NCBI GenBank assembly: GCA_042571645.1
Contig: JBHPFW010000001.1
Coordinates: 25,589 to 89,588 of the forward strand
Reading direction: 5' to 3'
DNA: 64,000 nucleotides
From: Nanobdellota archaeon
GTDB taxonomy: Archaea > Nanobdellota > Nanobdellia > Woesearchaeales > JBHPFW01
In this document: piece by piece, positions 45,549-55,109 of the stretch
How the letters are laid out: each line of letters begins with the position of its first letter
How positions within the stretch are numbered: the first letter of the stretch is position 1
Notes under the pieces: generated by a model
Told to the model about the DNA's origin: nothing
What the model saw: only the letters and a program-made list of their open reading frames with translations
The model's database searches: none
Made by a program: the position numbers and the translations under genes

Positions 45549-46793
45549 ATGGAAGAATCATTACATGGTAATGCAAAAAAGCAATTTGATATTGCAGCAA
45601 AGCAGATGAAGTTAGATGATGATATGACTACTTGTTTAAGACTACCTGAAAGAGAACTCACAGTTAATTTCTATGTCAAAATGGATGATGGAAAGCTCAA
45701 GACATTTACAGGCTTTAGAGTACAGCATAATAATGCTCGTGGGCCGTACAAAGGAGGCATAAGATACCACCAAGATGTCAGCATAGAAGAAGTAAAGGCT
45801 TTAGCTACATGGATGACCTGGAAATGTGCTATTGTAGATATTCCATTTGGTGGAGGCAAAGGTGGCATAATTTGCAATCCAAAAGAGCTTTCAGAAAAAG
45901 AGCTTCGAAGAATTACAATTGCATTCACAAACTCAATAAGCAGAATCATAGGACCTAATGTGGATATACCTGCTCCCGATGTTAACACCAATCCTAAAAT
46001 AATGGGCTGGATTGTTGATGAGTACAGTAATATTGCTGGCTATACAGAACCAGGAGTAGTTACTGGAAAACCTTTAGAACTAGGTGGCAGTTTAGGAAGA
46101 AGAGAAGCTACTGCTCGCGGATGTGTATGTACAGTCATTGAAGCCTGCAAAAAACTAGGCATTGAGGTAAAAGGAGCAAAAGTTGCAGTACAAGGCTTTG
46201 GTAATGCCGGCAGTATTGCTGCTGAATTACTTGAAGAAGTAGGAGCTAAAGTAATTGCTGTAAGTGACTCCCAAGGAGCCATTCTTTGTGAAGCTGGTTT
46301 AAGTATTAAAGATGTTATTAAGCACAAGGAAAGTACAAAATCAGTTATTAATTTTCCTGGTTCAAAGAAAATTTCAAATCAGGATATTCTCGAGCTTGAT
46401 TGTGATGTCTTGATTCCTTCTGCTCTTGAAAATCAGATTACTAAAGATAATGCTGACAAAATTAAGGCAAAGATAATAGCAGAAGCAGCTAACGGCCCAA
46501 CAACACCAGATGCAGATGATATATTGCACAAGAATGAAGTGCATGTTATTCCTGATATCCTCGCTAATGCTGGCGGAGTTACAGTCAGTTATTTTGAGTG
46601 GGTGCAAAACAGACAAAGATATTACTGGACAGAAAGAGAAGTTAATGATAAATTAACACAGAAAATGATAGCTGCGTATAATGCTGTCTTTGATACTGCT
46701 CAAAATGACAAAGTCAATATGAGAACTGCGGCTTATTTAGTTGCAATTCAAAGAGTAGCAAAAACTGTCCAAATTAGAGGAACTCATTTGTAA
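45549..46793 (+). CDS. gdhA: Glutamate dehydrogenase
   Basis: RGPYKGGIRYH, catalytic-Lys region PFGGGKGGI, VQGFGNAGS dinucleotide fold, EAANGPTTP. Confidence 0.93.
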   Translation: MEESLHGNAKKQFDIAAKQMKLDDDMTTCLRLPERELTVNFYVKMDDGKLKTFTGFRVQHNNARGPYKGGIRYHQDVSIEEVKALATWMTWKCAIVDIPFGGGKGGIICNPKELSEKELRRITIAFTNSISRIIGPNVDIPAPDVNTNPKIMGWIVDEYSNIAGYTEPGVVTGKPLELGGSLGRREATARGCVCTVIEACKKLGIEVKGAKVAVQGFGNAGSIAAELLEEVGAKVIAVSDSQGAILCEAGLSIKDVIKHKESTKSVINFPGSKKISNQDILELDCDVLIPSALENQITKDNADKIKAKIIAEAANGPTTPDADDILHKNEVHVIPDILANAGGVTVSYFEWVQNRQRYYWTEREVNDKLTQKMIAAYNAVFDTAQNDKVNMRTAAYLVAIQRVAKTVQIRGTHL

Positions 46794-46831
46794 TTAATTT
46801 ATTTTATTATTTCTTTTTTAGTTTCATGATT

Positions 46832-47025
46832 AGGGACGCCGCCAATATTGAGATTTTTGCGAAGTGCGGCACCATCATCCGTGAGCCCTACTGCAAATCT
46901 AAATGATTTGAGGTTAGGGGGTTGCCCCCTACGGGGATAGCCGATCATGGTTTAACAAATGCGACAGGGCGAACCCGATGGTGCCCGAACAAAGCGAGTC
47001 TTCGCAAAAATACGCCAATTCTCAA
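46832..47025. ncRNA. GC-rich, highly structured RNA candidate of about 190 nt, family not recognised
   Basis: Closing helix TTTTTGCGAAG (46854-46864) / CTTCGCAAAAA (47000-47010). GGCACCATC/GATGGTGCC. GCCCT/AGGGC. Apical hairpins CAAATC-TAAAT-GATTTG and AGGGGG-TTG-CCCCCT. Tandem GA-type internal loop (GTGA/GAAC). Strong GC island in an AT-rich intergenic gap of 320 nt. Confidence 0.45.
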
Positions 47026-47113
47026 AAAGGTTTAAATACTATTAAATATTACATCACAAAAAAGAGGTGGCAATACATAAGTCACTTCAAGCTATGTTCT
47101 TGGAGAGGTTAAA

Positions 47114-48067
47114 ATGTCAAAAGAAAATGAACTAAAAACATTAATCATTGAAAACTTTGGCCAAGCAGCATTGCAGCTTCCCGACATATATGAAAAAGGA
47201 TGGACATTTCCTTTGGCAGAAGATAATTTAGAAGAAGCAGCAGAGATTCTTGTTGATTTTGCAAAATCAGATGTTGTTGATGAATTACCTCCACTTGTAC
47301 ATAGAATCTCACGAACCTTTGAGGATTTAAAAGAGTCTTATACAGGTAGAGATAATGTTTATTTTGCATCTGGCATGTTTGGACACGAATTAGGAAATAT
47401 ACTTGGAATTATTGTTCCATCCGCTTATAACATTATTAAAGGCGGGAAACCTTTCTTAGATGAACCAGGAAGAATTGATAAATTCTTAGCAAGTTTAACA
47501 ACTGATAGAGTGATTTCTTTGGGAATATGTTATCTTGCTTCATCTGGAGATGAACAATTTCTTGCAAAAGTTCCTCTTACTCAATTACAATATGTGTTTA
47601 TGTTATATGCATTTGAGCCTAGTGGAAGGAAAACAGCAAAAGTATTCCCAACACCATCTGAAGATATTTTTAGTCCAGAATATTTAGCACTCTATCATAT
47701 AGCTAGAAATGCCCCAACAGATTATGATATTAGAGCAGAAGAAGATGGAGATAATCTAAAAATAAGTTTACAAGATTATGGAAAAGGCATCCTAGACAAA
47801 AACGAAAAACCTCTTCCTCCAGAAAGATTTCATGAAATATTTGGGGAGTTCTCGACGACGGGCGGAGGATTAGGACTTCAAATAGCTAAAGCATTAATAG
47901 ATTTACGAGGAGGATATATTGAAGTTATAACAAAAACAAAAGACAATCCGGCATTTGCATACAGAACTGATACAAAACAAGATTACCTCTATACAGGTCC
48001 GCTTCAACCTAAAATAACTTCAACAGGAACTATCTTTGTTCTTAATGTCCCTAAAGAAATCACATAA
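47114..48067 (+). CDS. Soluble histidine-kinase-like ATPase (paralog A)
   Basis: H-box-like MFGHELGNILGII, N-box LYHIARNA, G1 LQDYGKGI, G2 TTGGGLGLQIAKALIDLRGG. Confidence 0.65.
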   Translation: MSKENELKTLIIENFGQAALQLPDIYEKGWTFPLAEDNLEEAAEILVDFAKSDVVDELPPLVHRISRTFEDLKESYTGRDNVYFASGMFGHELGNILGIIVPSAYNIIKGGKPFLDEPGRIDKFLASLTTDRVISLGICYLASSGDEQFLAKVPLTQLQYVFMLYAFEPSGRKTAKVFPTPSEDIFSPEYLALYHIARNAPTDYDIRAEEDGDNLKISLQDYGKGILDKNEKPLPPERFHEIFGEFSTTGGGLGLQIAKALIDLRGGYIEVITKTKDNPAFAYRTDTKQDYLYTGPLQPKITSTGTIFVLNVPKEIT

Positions 48068-48076
48068 CAATAAAAA

Positions 48077-49879
48077 ATGTCACTAAAAAAACTACTCACA
48101 GGTGTTGATAAAGGACTAGTTGAAAAACTAGAAGCCATTAACAGCAGAATAGCAAAAAAAGATAAAGATTCGAGTAAAGCTTTTTTGGGAGCACTACCTG
48201 GTTTTGTTAAAGATTCTGTTGAACATGAGTTAACAGATTATATTGAAAGATTTGTGTCTTTAGGAGAAAAAATAATAGATCAACAAAAAGATCATGCACC
48301 AAATTACTTTGGCAGTCTGCATGGAATCGTATTCGGATTCATACTTAATAAAGTCACAGATCATTTAGACGCAAGTTTTGATTTGTGTGAAAAAATATCA
48401 GACATTGCACAAAAACCTGCTTATGCTGGAAACTTAATGTTTCATTTACCTCAACCACTCAGAACATTCAAAGATTATGATCTTGATCAATATGTAAAAG
48501 ATGCATTTGAATTAGCAGGAAACCTCGCTCTCACAAGGGACGGAACAGATATAACTTTTCCATTTCTAGAAAAATCAGCTAAGGTAGTAAAAACATTTCA
48601 TAAAAATAATTTAACACAACATCTGGCTGGAATTTATGATGCGGTTGGTAAAATTGCTCAGAAAAAAACAAAAATGGCTTTAAATTTCTTTGATGAGTCT
48701 GCCTATTTGATTAAGACCGGGATTGAAAAAGGCTTGAGTAAAGAACAACTAGAAAATGATGTAAAAGAATTTGCGAGATTTGGCCAAAAATTAGGAGAAC
48801 AAAACATTCCTGACATGAACTATTTTTTGGAAGAAAATGTTGCAGAAAAGTTAAACGCATATTCATTGGTTAGACTTCAAGGATTTCTAGAAGGATATAT
48901 GTCTGCGAGCTGCTCTAATTATTCGCCTGCACAAGAAGCGGAAGAGCTCATGCCTCTTCTAAAAGAACTAAAAATCCAAGGAACCAAGAAACTCGTGACT
49001 CATGAAATTGGATATGTAGCCAAAAAATTACCAAATCCATTTGAAAAAGGCCAAACATTTCCATTAAACGACAAAGACCTCCAAGAAGTAGTAGAAAATA
49101 TAGATGAAACAAGTGCAGCACTATCTGAAATGATAAAAATCAGCAGATATATTGGTACAGCTAAACATGAATATTCAGAACCAGACCAAATAAAGCTGTG
49201 CTCAAGAATATTTGGACATGATCTAAACAATGCTCTTAACTCACCAGTTTGCGCATATAACACAATCCTACTTAAAGATAAAGAATACAAAGAAATTTCT
49301 GGAGAAATTAATACTTATTTAAGAAATCTTCTCGAACTAAGAATCATGGGTCTATCCACAGCATATATTGCTTCGGAGGGTAATGAAGAATTTCTAATGC
49401 AAATTCCAAATGATCAAATAGAATATGCTATTCCTTCTGATAAAAAACAATCAGATTACAGATTAAAAGAGCTAAAAACTGTTGAGGGCCACATATTAAA
49501 TCCTGAATGTCAAGCTTTATATCAACTAGTGAAAAATGCCAAAGGAGATTACACTATCGATATTCAAGAAGATAAAGATAACACAATAATAACTTATCAA
49601 GATAACGGTCCTGGAATTCTTGACGAGGAAGGGAATCCACTTCAAGCAGATAGACTTCATGAAATATTTGGAAGTTTCTCAACTACAGGCGGAGGATTAG
49701 GACTTCAAATAGCAAAAGCACTAATAGAATTAAGAGGTGGCTGGATTGATGTTATGACTAAAACAAAAGGAAATTCTCCTATTCATTATAATACAGAAAC
49801 AGGTGTTGACTCAACTTATGGCGGAGATCTAAAAAAAGGAACTATGTTTGTTATGCATGTGCCAAAAGAAATATTATAA
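48077..49879 (+). CDS. Soluble histidine-kinase-like ATPase (paralog B) with about 300-aa unique helical N-terminal extension
   Basis: The C-terminal 290 aa are collinear with 47114-48067 (IFGHDLNNALNS, LYQLVKNA, YQDNGPGI, TTGGGLGLQIAKALIELRGG). The DNA around the G2 box is near-identical between the two genes. Confidence 0.65.
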   Translation: MSLKKLLTGVDKGLVEKLEAINSRIAKKDKDSSKAFLGALPGFVKDSVEHELTDYIERFVSLGEKIIDQQKDHAPNYFGSLHGIVFGFILNKVTDHLDASFDLCEKISDIAQKPAYAGNLMFHLPQPLRTFKDYDLDQYVKDAFELAGNLALTRDGTDITFPFLEKSAKVVKTFHKNNLTQHLAGIYDAVGKIAQKKTKMALNFFDESAYLIKTGIEKGLSKEQLENDVKEFARFGQKLGEQNIPDMNYFLEENVAEKLNAYSLVRLQGFLEGYMSASCSNYSPAQEAEELMPLLKELKIQGTKKLVTHEIGYVAKKLPNPFEKGQTFPLNDKDLQEVVENIDETSAALSEMIKISRYIGTAKHEYSEPDQIKLCSRIFGHDLNNALNSPVCAYNTILLKDKEYKEISGEINTYLRNLLELRIMGLSTAYIASEGNEEFLMQIPNDQIEYAIPSDKKQSDYRLKELKTVEGHILNPECQALYQLVKNAKGDYTIDIQEDKDNTIITYQDNGPGILDEEGNPLQADRLHEIFGSFSTTGGGLGLQIAKALIELRGGWIDVMTKTKGNSPIHYNTETGVDSTYGGDLKKGTMFVMHVPKEIL

Positions 49880-49882
49880 TTC

Positions 49883-52075
49883 TCAATGTATCCTGAAATC
49901 GATCTTATCAAAAGCCATAACAACTAAACTGACCTTTAATTTTTCTGTGTAATTGTTAATTCCCTCAATGATATCCTCATCGGATTTTCTCTCTCTAAAA
50001 CCCGGGATGCCCAAAAGAACCAAGTCAGAATGCTGTGAATGCTCATTGATAATGTCTTTCATATCTTCTTCTTTGCCTGTAAGTATGTGTAATTCAACAT
50101 TTTCCATTCTTGACTCTGCAATTATTTTCTCAAGTTCCTCTCTATGATATTGCTCATCTTTATCATCTTCAACTACTTTGAATATTCTGACAGTTGCCTT
50201 TTGCTCTAGCCATTGTCTAGAATGAGTAATCAAATAAGCCAGCATAATCATGAAATTTCCATTATGCCTTGTATTCCACCAAACATCTATTGTTTTGAAA
50301 TTTGAAAAACCAGTTTGATTCCTCATTATAATTATATTCTTATGCAGACACACCATATCAGCAATTACTTTATTAAGTTTCATCTGTCTATCAAAATCTA
50401 TAAGCACAGTATTCAACGGTCTGTCTCCTAAAGTTTCTGTTTGAAGTATTGTGGTAATGGTATCTTCAAAATTATCTGACATGACAAATCTTGGATATAT
50501 CTCCAACTCGTGCTCCTTCACATATTCTTTCATTGAGTCTTCGAATTTCTCTCTTTCCTGATATTCATTCTTAAGATCTCCCTGTGTTAAAAAATAAAAC
50601 TTAGTAATACCTCTCTTAGAGCTTATCCAATGAAGGACTGTTGCCAGTGGAGTTTTATTTACTTCATTTGCATTAAAAGCCACTATTGTTGGGCGCCAAT
50701 TCTTCTTGCTTTTTTCTGAAGCAGCCATGTGCTTTAACAACTTCCTAAATAATTGGAAAAACACACCATCCCAAACACTCTCTAGTTTTACTGATGTCTT
50801 TGTTTTGTAAAGTACATAGAAAACTAGAAGTTGGAAAACAATACTAACAACCATGATGATTGGATTGAATAAAAACATTATGGCATAGCATGCAAACATA
50901 CCAAAGAATGAAATTATAACAGGAGCATTGAATGTTGGCCTATAACTTGGGTTCTGAGATATTTTTTCAAAAAACGCAGCTCCATTAATCCAACCGTATA
51001 CACTCAGGAAAAACATAGACACAATCTGTGAAACTATCTCTAAGCCTCCTGAAAAAAGTACGCCTACTGCTATTATTAAACTGAATATTATTGCCACTCT
51101 CGGTTCTGTCTTGTTTTTTCCTATACCTTTTCCTAAAAAGCTTAAGAATCTTGGAAGAATCTTATCATCTACCATTGCTCTCAAGCATCTTGGTGCTGTC
51201 ATAAGTGTGCTTAAAGCTGAGGAAGAAGTTGCCATAATAACACCCAACAATACAAGTTGAGGTACTACAGCAATTTTCTGGATAATATACGGATCAGAAG
51301 AAAGCTGACCTGGAGAAGCTGCAAAAGACATTTTGATAATAAGTGCTATATATACAATCATTGTAAAGAAGATTGCCACAAACGTACCTCTAACCAAACT
51401 TTTTCTTGCATCTTTTAACTCTCCGCTCATTCCCACACCAGCATCTATGCCTGTTACTGCTGGGAAATACATTGCAAACGCAACCCAGAAAGAAAAAGCA
51501 GAAGTACCAACTAAAATACCATTTGTTGGATCAACTGTATTAGGTCCTAAAAAGATTGATACCAAAGACAAAATAATTGCTGCAAGAATTAAATATTGTA
51601 GTTTCACCACAAATCTTGCTCCAATAAAAACCATGATGCCGAATATCATTAGTGCTATTAATGAGACATAAAGCTCAGGCACTATTATATTAAATGATGA
51701 AAGTACACTAACAATACCTCTAGCAAATGCTATAGAATAAAATGTTGAGGCAATTGTCTGCGCCAAAAAAAGAAGTATTCCCAAACTGCCCCCAAACTCA
51801 CTGCCAAGACTTCTCGAAATCAAATAGTACAACCCGCCACCTTTGACATTAATATTTGTGGCAATTCCTGATATTGAAAATGCAGTAGCAATTGTAACTG
51901 AATGAGCAATTAGAATTATAATCAACATCTTAAACAATCCTACACTGCCAAGAACTTGAGGAGCAATATAGTACATTACTGCACCTAGAATAGCCAGTGT
52001 AGAAGGCATAATCACACCAGAAAATGTACCAAATTTATTCTCTACTCCACTATGACCGTTACCGTTTGCTTTCAT
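49883..52075 (-). CDS. APC-superfamily transporter of the cation-chloride cotransporter (SLC12-like) type with large cytoplasmic C-terminal domain
   Basis: FGTFSGVIMPSTLAILGAVMYY N-terminal CCC-like motif, about 12 TM, about 290-aa soluble C-terminus. The ATG at 52075 is preferred to the TTG at 52087. Confidence 0.8.
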   Translation of the reverse strand: MKANGNGHSGVENKFGTFSGVIMPSTLAILGAVMYYIAPQVLGSVGLFKMLIIILIAHSVTIATAFSISGIATNINVKGGGLYYLISRSLGSEFGGSLGILLFLAQTIASTFYSIAFARGIVSVLSSFNIIVPELYVSLIALMIFGIMVFIGARFVVKLQYLILAAIILSLVSIFLGPNTVDPTNGILVGTSAFSFWVAFAMYFPAVTGIDAGVGMSGELKDARKSLVRGTFVAIFFTMIVYIALIIKMSFAASPGQLSSDPYIIQKIAVVPQLVLLGVIMATSSSALSTLMTAPRCLRAMVDDKILPRFLSFLGKGIGKNKTEPRVAIIFSLIIAVGVLFSGGLEIVSQIVSMFFLSVYGWINGAAFFEKISQNPSYRPTFNAPVIISFFGMFACYAIMFLFNPIIMVVSIVFQLLVFYVLYKTKTSVKLESVWDGVFFQLFRKLLKHMAASEKSKKNWRPTIVAFNANEVNKTPLATVLHWISSKRGITKFYFLTQGDLKNEYQEREKFEDSMKEYVKEHELEIYPRFVMSDNFEDTITTILQTETLGDRPLNTVLIDFDRQMKLNKVIADMVCLHKNIIIMRNQTGFSNFKTIDVWWNTRHNGNFMIMLAYLITHSRQWLEQKATVRIFKVVEDDKDEQYHREELEKIIAESRMENVELHILTGKEEDMKDIINEHSQHSDLVLLGIPGFRERKSDEDIIEGINNYTEKLKVSLVVMAFDKIDFRIH

Positions 52076-52244
52076 ATACTTCCCCAAACCCTGTTTTCAA
52101 TAAACAAACCCTGTTTTTAATAAAACTACTTGAAGGGTATTTATAAAATTTCTGCTTGCTAAATTCCAAGCCCAAATATGGAATAAACAATGTTTATTTA
52201 AAAATGATATTTAAATGAAGTCCTATTTATTATCTTGTATTACT

Positions 52245-53783
52245 TCACTTCTTGGCATACTCAAATATCATCTTATCAGTAAATATCTCTACAGGAGCTT
52301 TGTCATCAGTGAGAACCAGTATATTAGGATCAAACTCTATATTCTCATGATTAAATTGAACAAAATGAACCATCATGAATAAGTCTGCAAGCTCTGATTT
52401 TTGCTGATAATTTTCAATAACACCAATATTTTCTGAAATAGTGCTTAAATTATAATAAGATTCGCTTCCCAAAACCAAGAAATTAAGGGAATTTTTTACA
52501 GGCACCAACCAAACATTATCAAACACAGACTTCATGGTATTCAAAATAAAACCAAGAACTTCAGAATTTCTGTCTGTTGAACCGACATTTATTGCAACAA
52601 CTCCTTTTTGCTTGAGATGCAATTTAACTTCTTTGAAAAACTCTTTTGTAGTTAAATGAAAGGGTATGTAAGGTTGCTTATATGCATCAATTATTATTGC
52701 ATCATAATATTTTTCTGTTGTCTTAAGAAAAACTCTGCCATCTATTTCATAATTAACAAGATTTGAATTTAGTTCATTAGTGTTATCTTTCATTCCAAAA
52801 TATTTTCTGCCAACTTCGAGTATGCTGCTGTCGATTTCAACCCCGTCTATATTGATATTTGGGAAAAAATAATCATATTCTCTGGCAATAGTACCTGCAG
52901 CGATCCCAATTATCAGAATTTCTTCTGAATCATTTTTCAAGAGAGGAATGATATTGAAATAATCCCAGACACCATTTATGATAATTTTATCAGGATCATA
53001 GATTGAATGGGTGGAAACACCCTCATTAAGATGAAGGTTTATTCTACCTTCATTGTCCTCGACAACCTGAATATAATTATATATTGATTCATCCTCAAAA
53101 ATTAAGCCATTAACGGGCTTTATTGTGTTAACAAAAAAAAAGAGAAAAACAGCCAATAATGGAAATATTAGAAATAATTTTGATTTTCCTTTTTTTCTTA
53201 ACAAACCAATACTGCTAAACACCATTAGAAACAACGCAAATAATATTATTGTTCTTGCTGTTCCCATAAAGGGTATGGTGATTAATGCCGGGATAAATGT
53301 TCCAATAATACTGCCAACAGTTGATAAAGAATAGATATTTCCTGCAGTATTCCCGACTTTAGTTAATTTTGAGGAGCAAACTCGTATTGCATATGGACTG
53401 ACCATGCCAAGCAAAATTAAAGGTAACGAAAAAAGAACAATAGTAGCCACCAAAGAACCATAAAACAAACCAATTGAGCTTTGATCTATTGCTGTTAGTG
53501 ATAATGCCATTATTGGTTTAGAGATTAATGGAATCAATGCAATAAAAAAAGATGCCCCAATAATTATTTCATACAGAAGAAACTCATCAACAAACTTATC
53601 TCCTAATTTTCCGCCAACATAATAGCCTATTGAAAGAGCCATCATTATTATTCCAATTATATTAGTCCAGACAAACAAAGAACTGCCAAAATAAGGCGCC
53701 AATAGCCTTGATGCAGACATCTCAATAGCCATAATACTCATGCCTGAGATAAAAACTACTAGCAAGAGATATTTATGCTGCAT
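52245..53783 (-). CDS. Fused membrane domain plus spermidine-synthase-like (aminopropyltransferase fold) protein
   Basis: About 7 N-terminal TMs, then ILIIGIAAGTIAREY, IDGVEIDSSILEV, YDAIIIDAY...PFHLTTKEFF. The ATG at 53783 is preferred. Confidence 0.8.
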   Translation of the reverse strand: MQHKYLLLVVFISGMSIMAIEMSASRLLAPYFGSSLFVWTNIIGIIMMALSIGYYVGGKLGDKFVDEFLLYEIIIGASFFIALIPLISKPIMALSLTAIDQSSIGLFYGSLVATIVLFSLPLILLGMVSPYAIRVCSSKLTKVGNTAGNIYSLSTVGSIIGTFIPALITIPFMGTARTIILFALFLMVFSSIGLLRKKGKSKLFLIFPLLAVFLFFFVNTIKPVNGLIFEDESIYNYIQVVEDNEGRINLHLNEGVSTHSIYDPDKIIINGVWDYFNIIPLLKNDSEEILIIGIAAGTIAREYDYFFPNINIDGVEIDSSILEVGRKYFGMKDNTNELNSNLVNYEIDGRVFLKTTEKYYDAIIIDAYKQPYIPFHLTTKEFFKEVKLHLKQKGVVAINVGSTDRNSEVLGFILNTMKSVFDNVWLVPVKNSLNFLVLGSESYYNLSTISENIGVIENYQQKSELADLFMMVHFVQFNHENIEFDPNILVLTDDKAPVEIFTDKMIFEYAKK

Positions 53784-53956
53784 ATTCTTCTTAAGCTTCT
53801 TTAGCAATCTTCTCAAACCCCCACATATGACTGAATAAGGCAAAATAAGGAGTTATATTAATCTTTGGTTATTAGAACGAAAGGTTTATAAACATCTCCT
53901 TATCTTCTAATGACTTCAAAGTAGTGAAAACTACTCAAAGAGGATCCAGGAAGAAA

Positions 53957-55069
53957 ATGGCCAATAAAAAACAGATCTTTCACAAACCAACACCTGAGCA
54001 AATCACCAAGGGAAGAGAAGCTGTTGAATATTATTTTAATATAGACACAGACAGCCCCACTAGTGAAATAATCACTGCTAGGAATGAACTTGTTGATATT
54101 CTCCAAAATATTGATCCAGAAAAACAATACCTAGAGATAAAGGGTGATTTGATTCCAGATGATTTCTTTTATACAAGAAAAGATAAGACTGACAGTCGTC
54201 TATCGAGAACAGTTGCAAACAGAAAATTCATGAAACACGGACCAGAAGTTATGTTTCCAAGATACAGATCAGTTGATGCAGCTGTTAAAGCGATGCGAGA
54301 CCAAAGAAAAGTTCCAGTTTATGTTAGGGAAGAAAAATTTGATGGATTAAAACCCGGATTTTATTGCGCATATTCTTTTGTTCCAATAATACCAGGAAAT
54401 GATAAAAGAAAAAGAAAAGTGCCGTTAATAGAAGTTGTGGATGGTTCTAAATTGTTTGCTTACGCACTCCGACAAGGAACAGGTATTGAAATAACTCCTT
54501 ATTCTGATTCAGAAAGAGTTGAAACAGATGGAGGAACTGTTAAAGTAAAAATCCCGTCAAGAACCCCTAAGAGAGGAAGTTATGAGTTCATAATATCTGC
54601 CATCCCTATCGTAGATAATGATAAGAAGTATGCTATTGCAAACAGCATAGTATCAAATCATGATTGCGCAGATATGCTCCACAAAATAAGATATAAATAT
54701 GCTTATGAAAAGGAAAATTCAAGAGTTTTCAATTGGGATGTTCATGATATAGCAGGATTCTATGCAGCAATACAACATTACTTGGAAGAAGAGCATAATA
54801 TGATTCCCTTGGCCATGTCACAAATACCAATACCTTCTCAAGAATTTATCAGACTGCATGATATGCTCAGATACAATACAGTTATCTCCACAAAAGAACA
54901 TGAAGAACAAGAACAAGAAAAATTATATTCATTAAACAATGCTGAAAGAGAAATCTCGCTTCAATTCATAGCCCAAGCACTTGGCCATAATGAAACATTG
55001 TTTGCTAAAGGAACTAGAGATGGAAACTTTAAAGATTATGATTATAGAGAACTATCTAGAACTGCATAA
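53957..55069 (+). CDS. Orphan protein (370 aa)
   Basis: Long ORF with coding-like composition. No motif recognised. The ATG at 53957 is preferred to the GTG at 53924. Confidence 0.55.
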   Translation: MANKKQIFHKPTPEQITKGREAVEYYFNIDTDSPTSEIITARNELVDILQNIDPEKQYLEIKGDLIPDDFFYTRKDKTDSRLSRTVANRKFMKHGPEVMFPRYRSVDAAVKAMRDQRKVPVYVREEKFDGLKPGFYCAYSFVPIIPGNDKRKRKVPLIEVVDGSKLFAYALRQGTGIEITPYSDSERVETDGGTVKVKIPSRTPKRGSYEFIISAIPIVDNDKKYAIANSIVSNHDCADMLHKIRYKYAYEKENSRVFNWDVHDIAGFYAAIQHYLEEEHNMIPLAMSQIPIPSQEFIRLHDMLRYNTVISTKEHEEQEQEKLYSLNNAEREISLQFIAQALGHNETLFAKGTRDGNFKDYDYRELSRTA

Positions 55070-55109
55070 ATTCTTTAAAATTAAGAAATATATCTTAATA
55101 AAAAAAAGT

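Noticed and set aside
46832-47025. SRP RNA or RNase P RNA identity for the GC-rich structured element
   Set aside because: No helix-8 GGAAG...AGCA / GNAR motifs, no UGUNR Alu motif in the right context, and no RNase P CR-I (GGAAAGUCC) or CR-V motifs. The length of about 190 nt is short for both. It is kept only as an unassigned RNA candidate.
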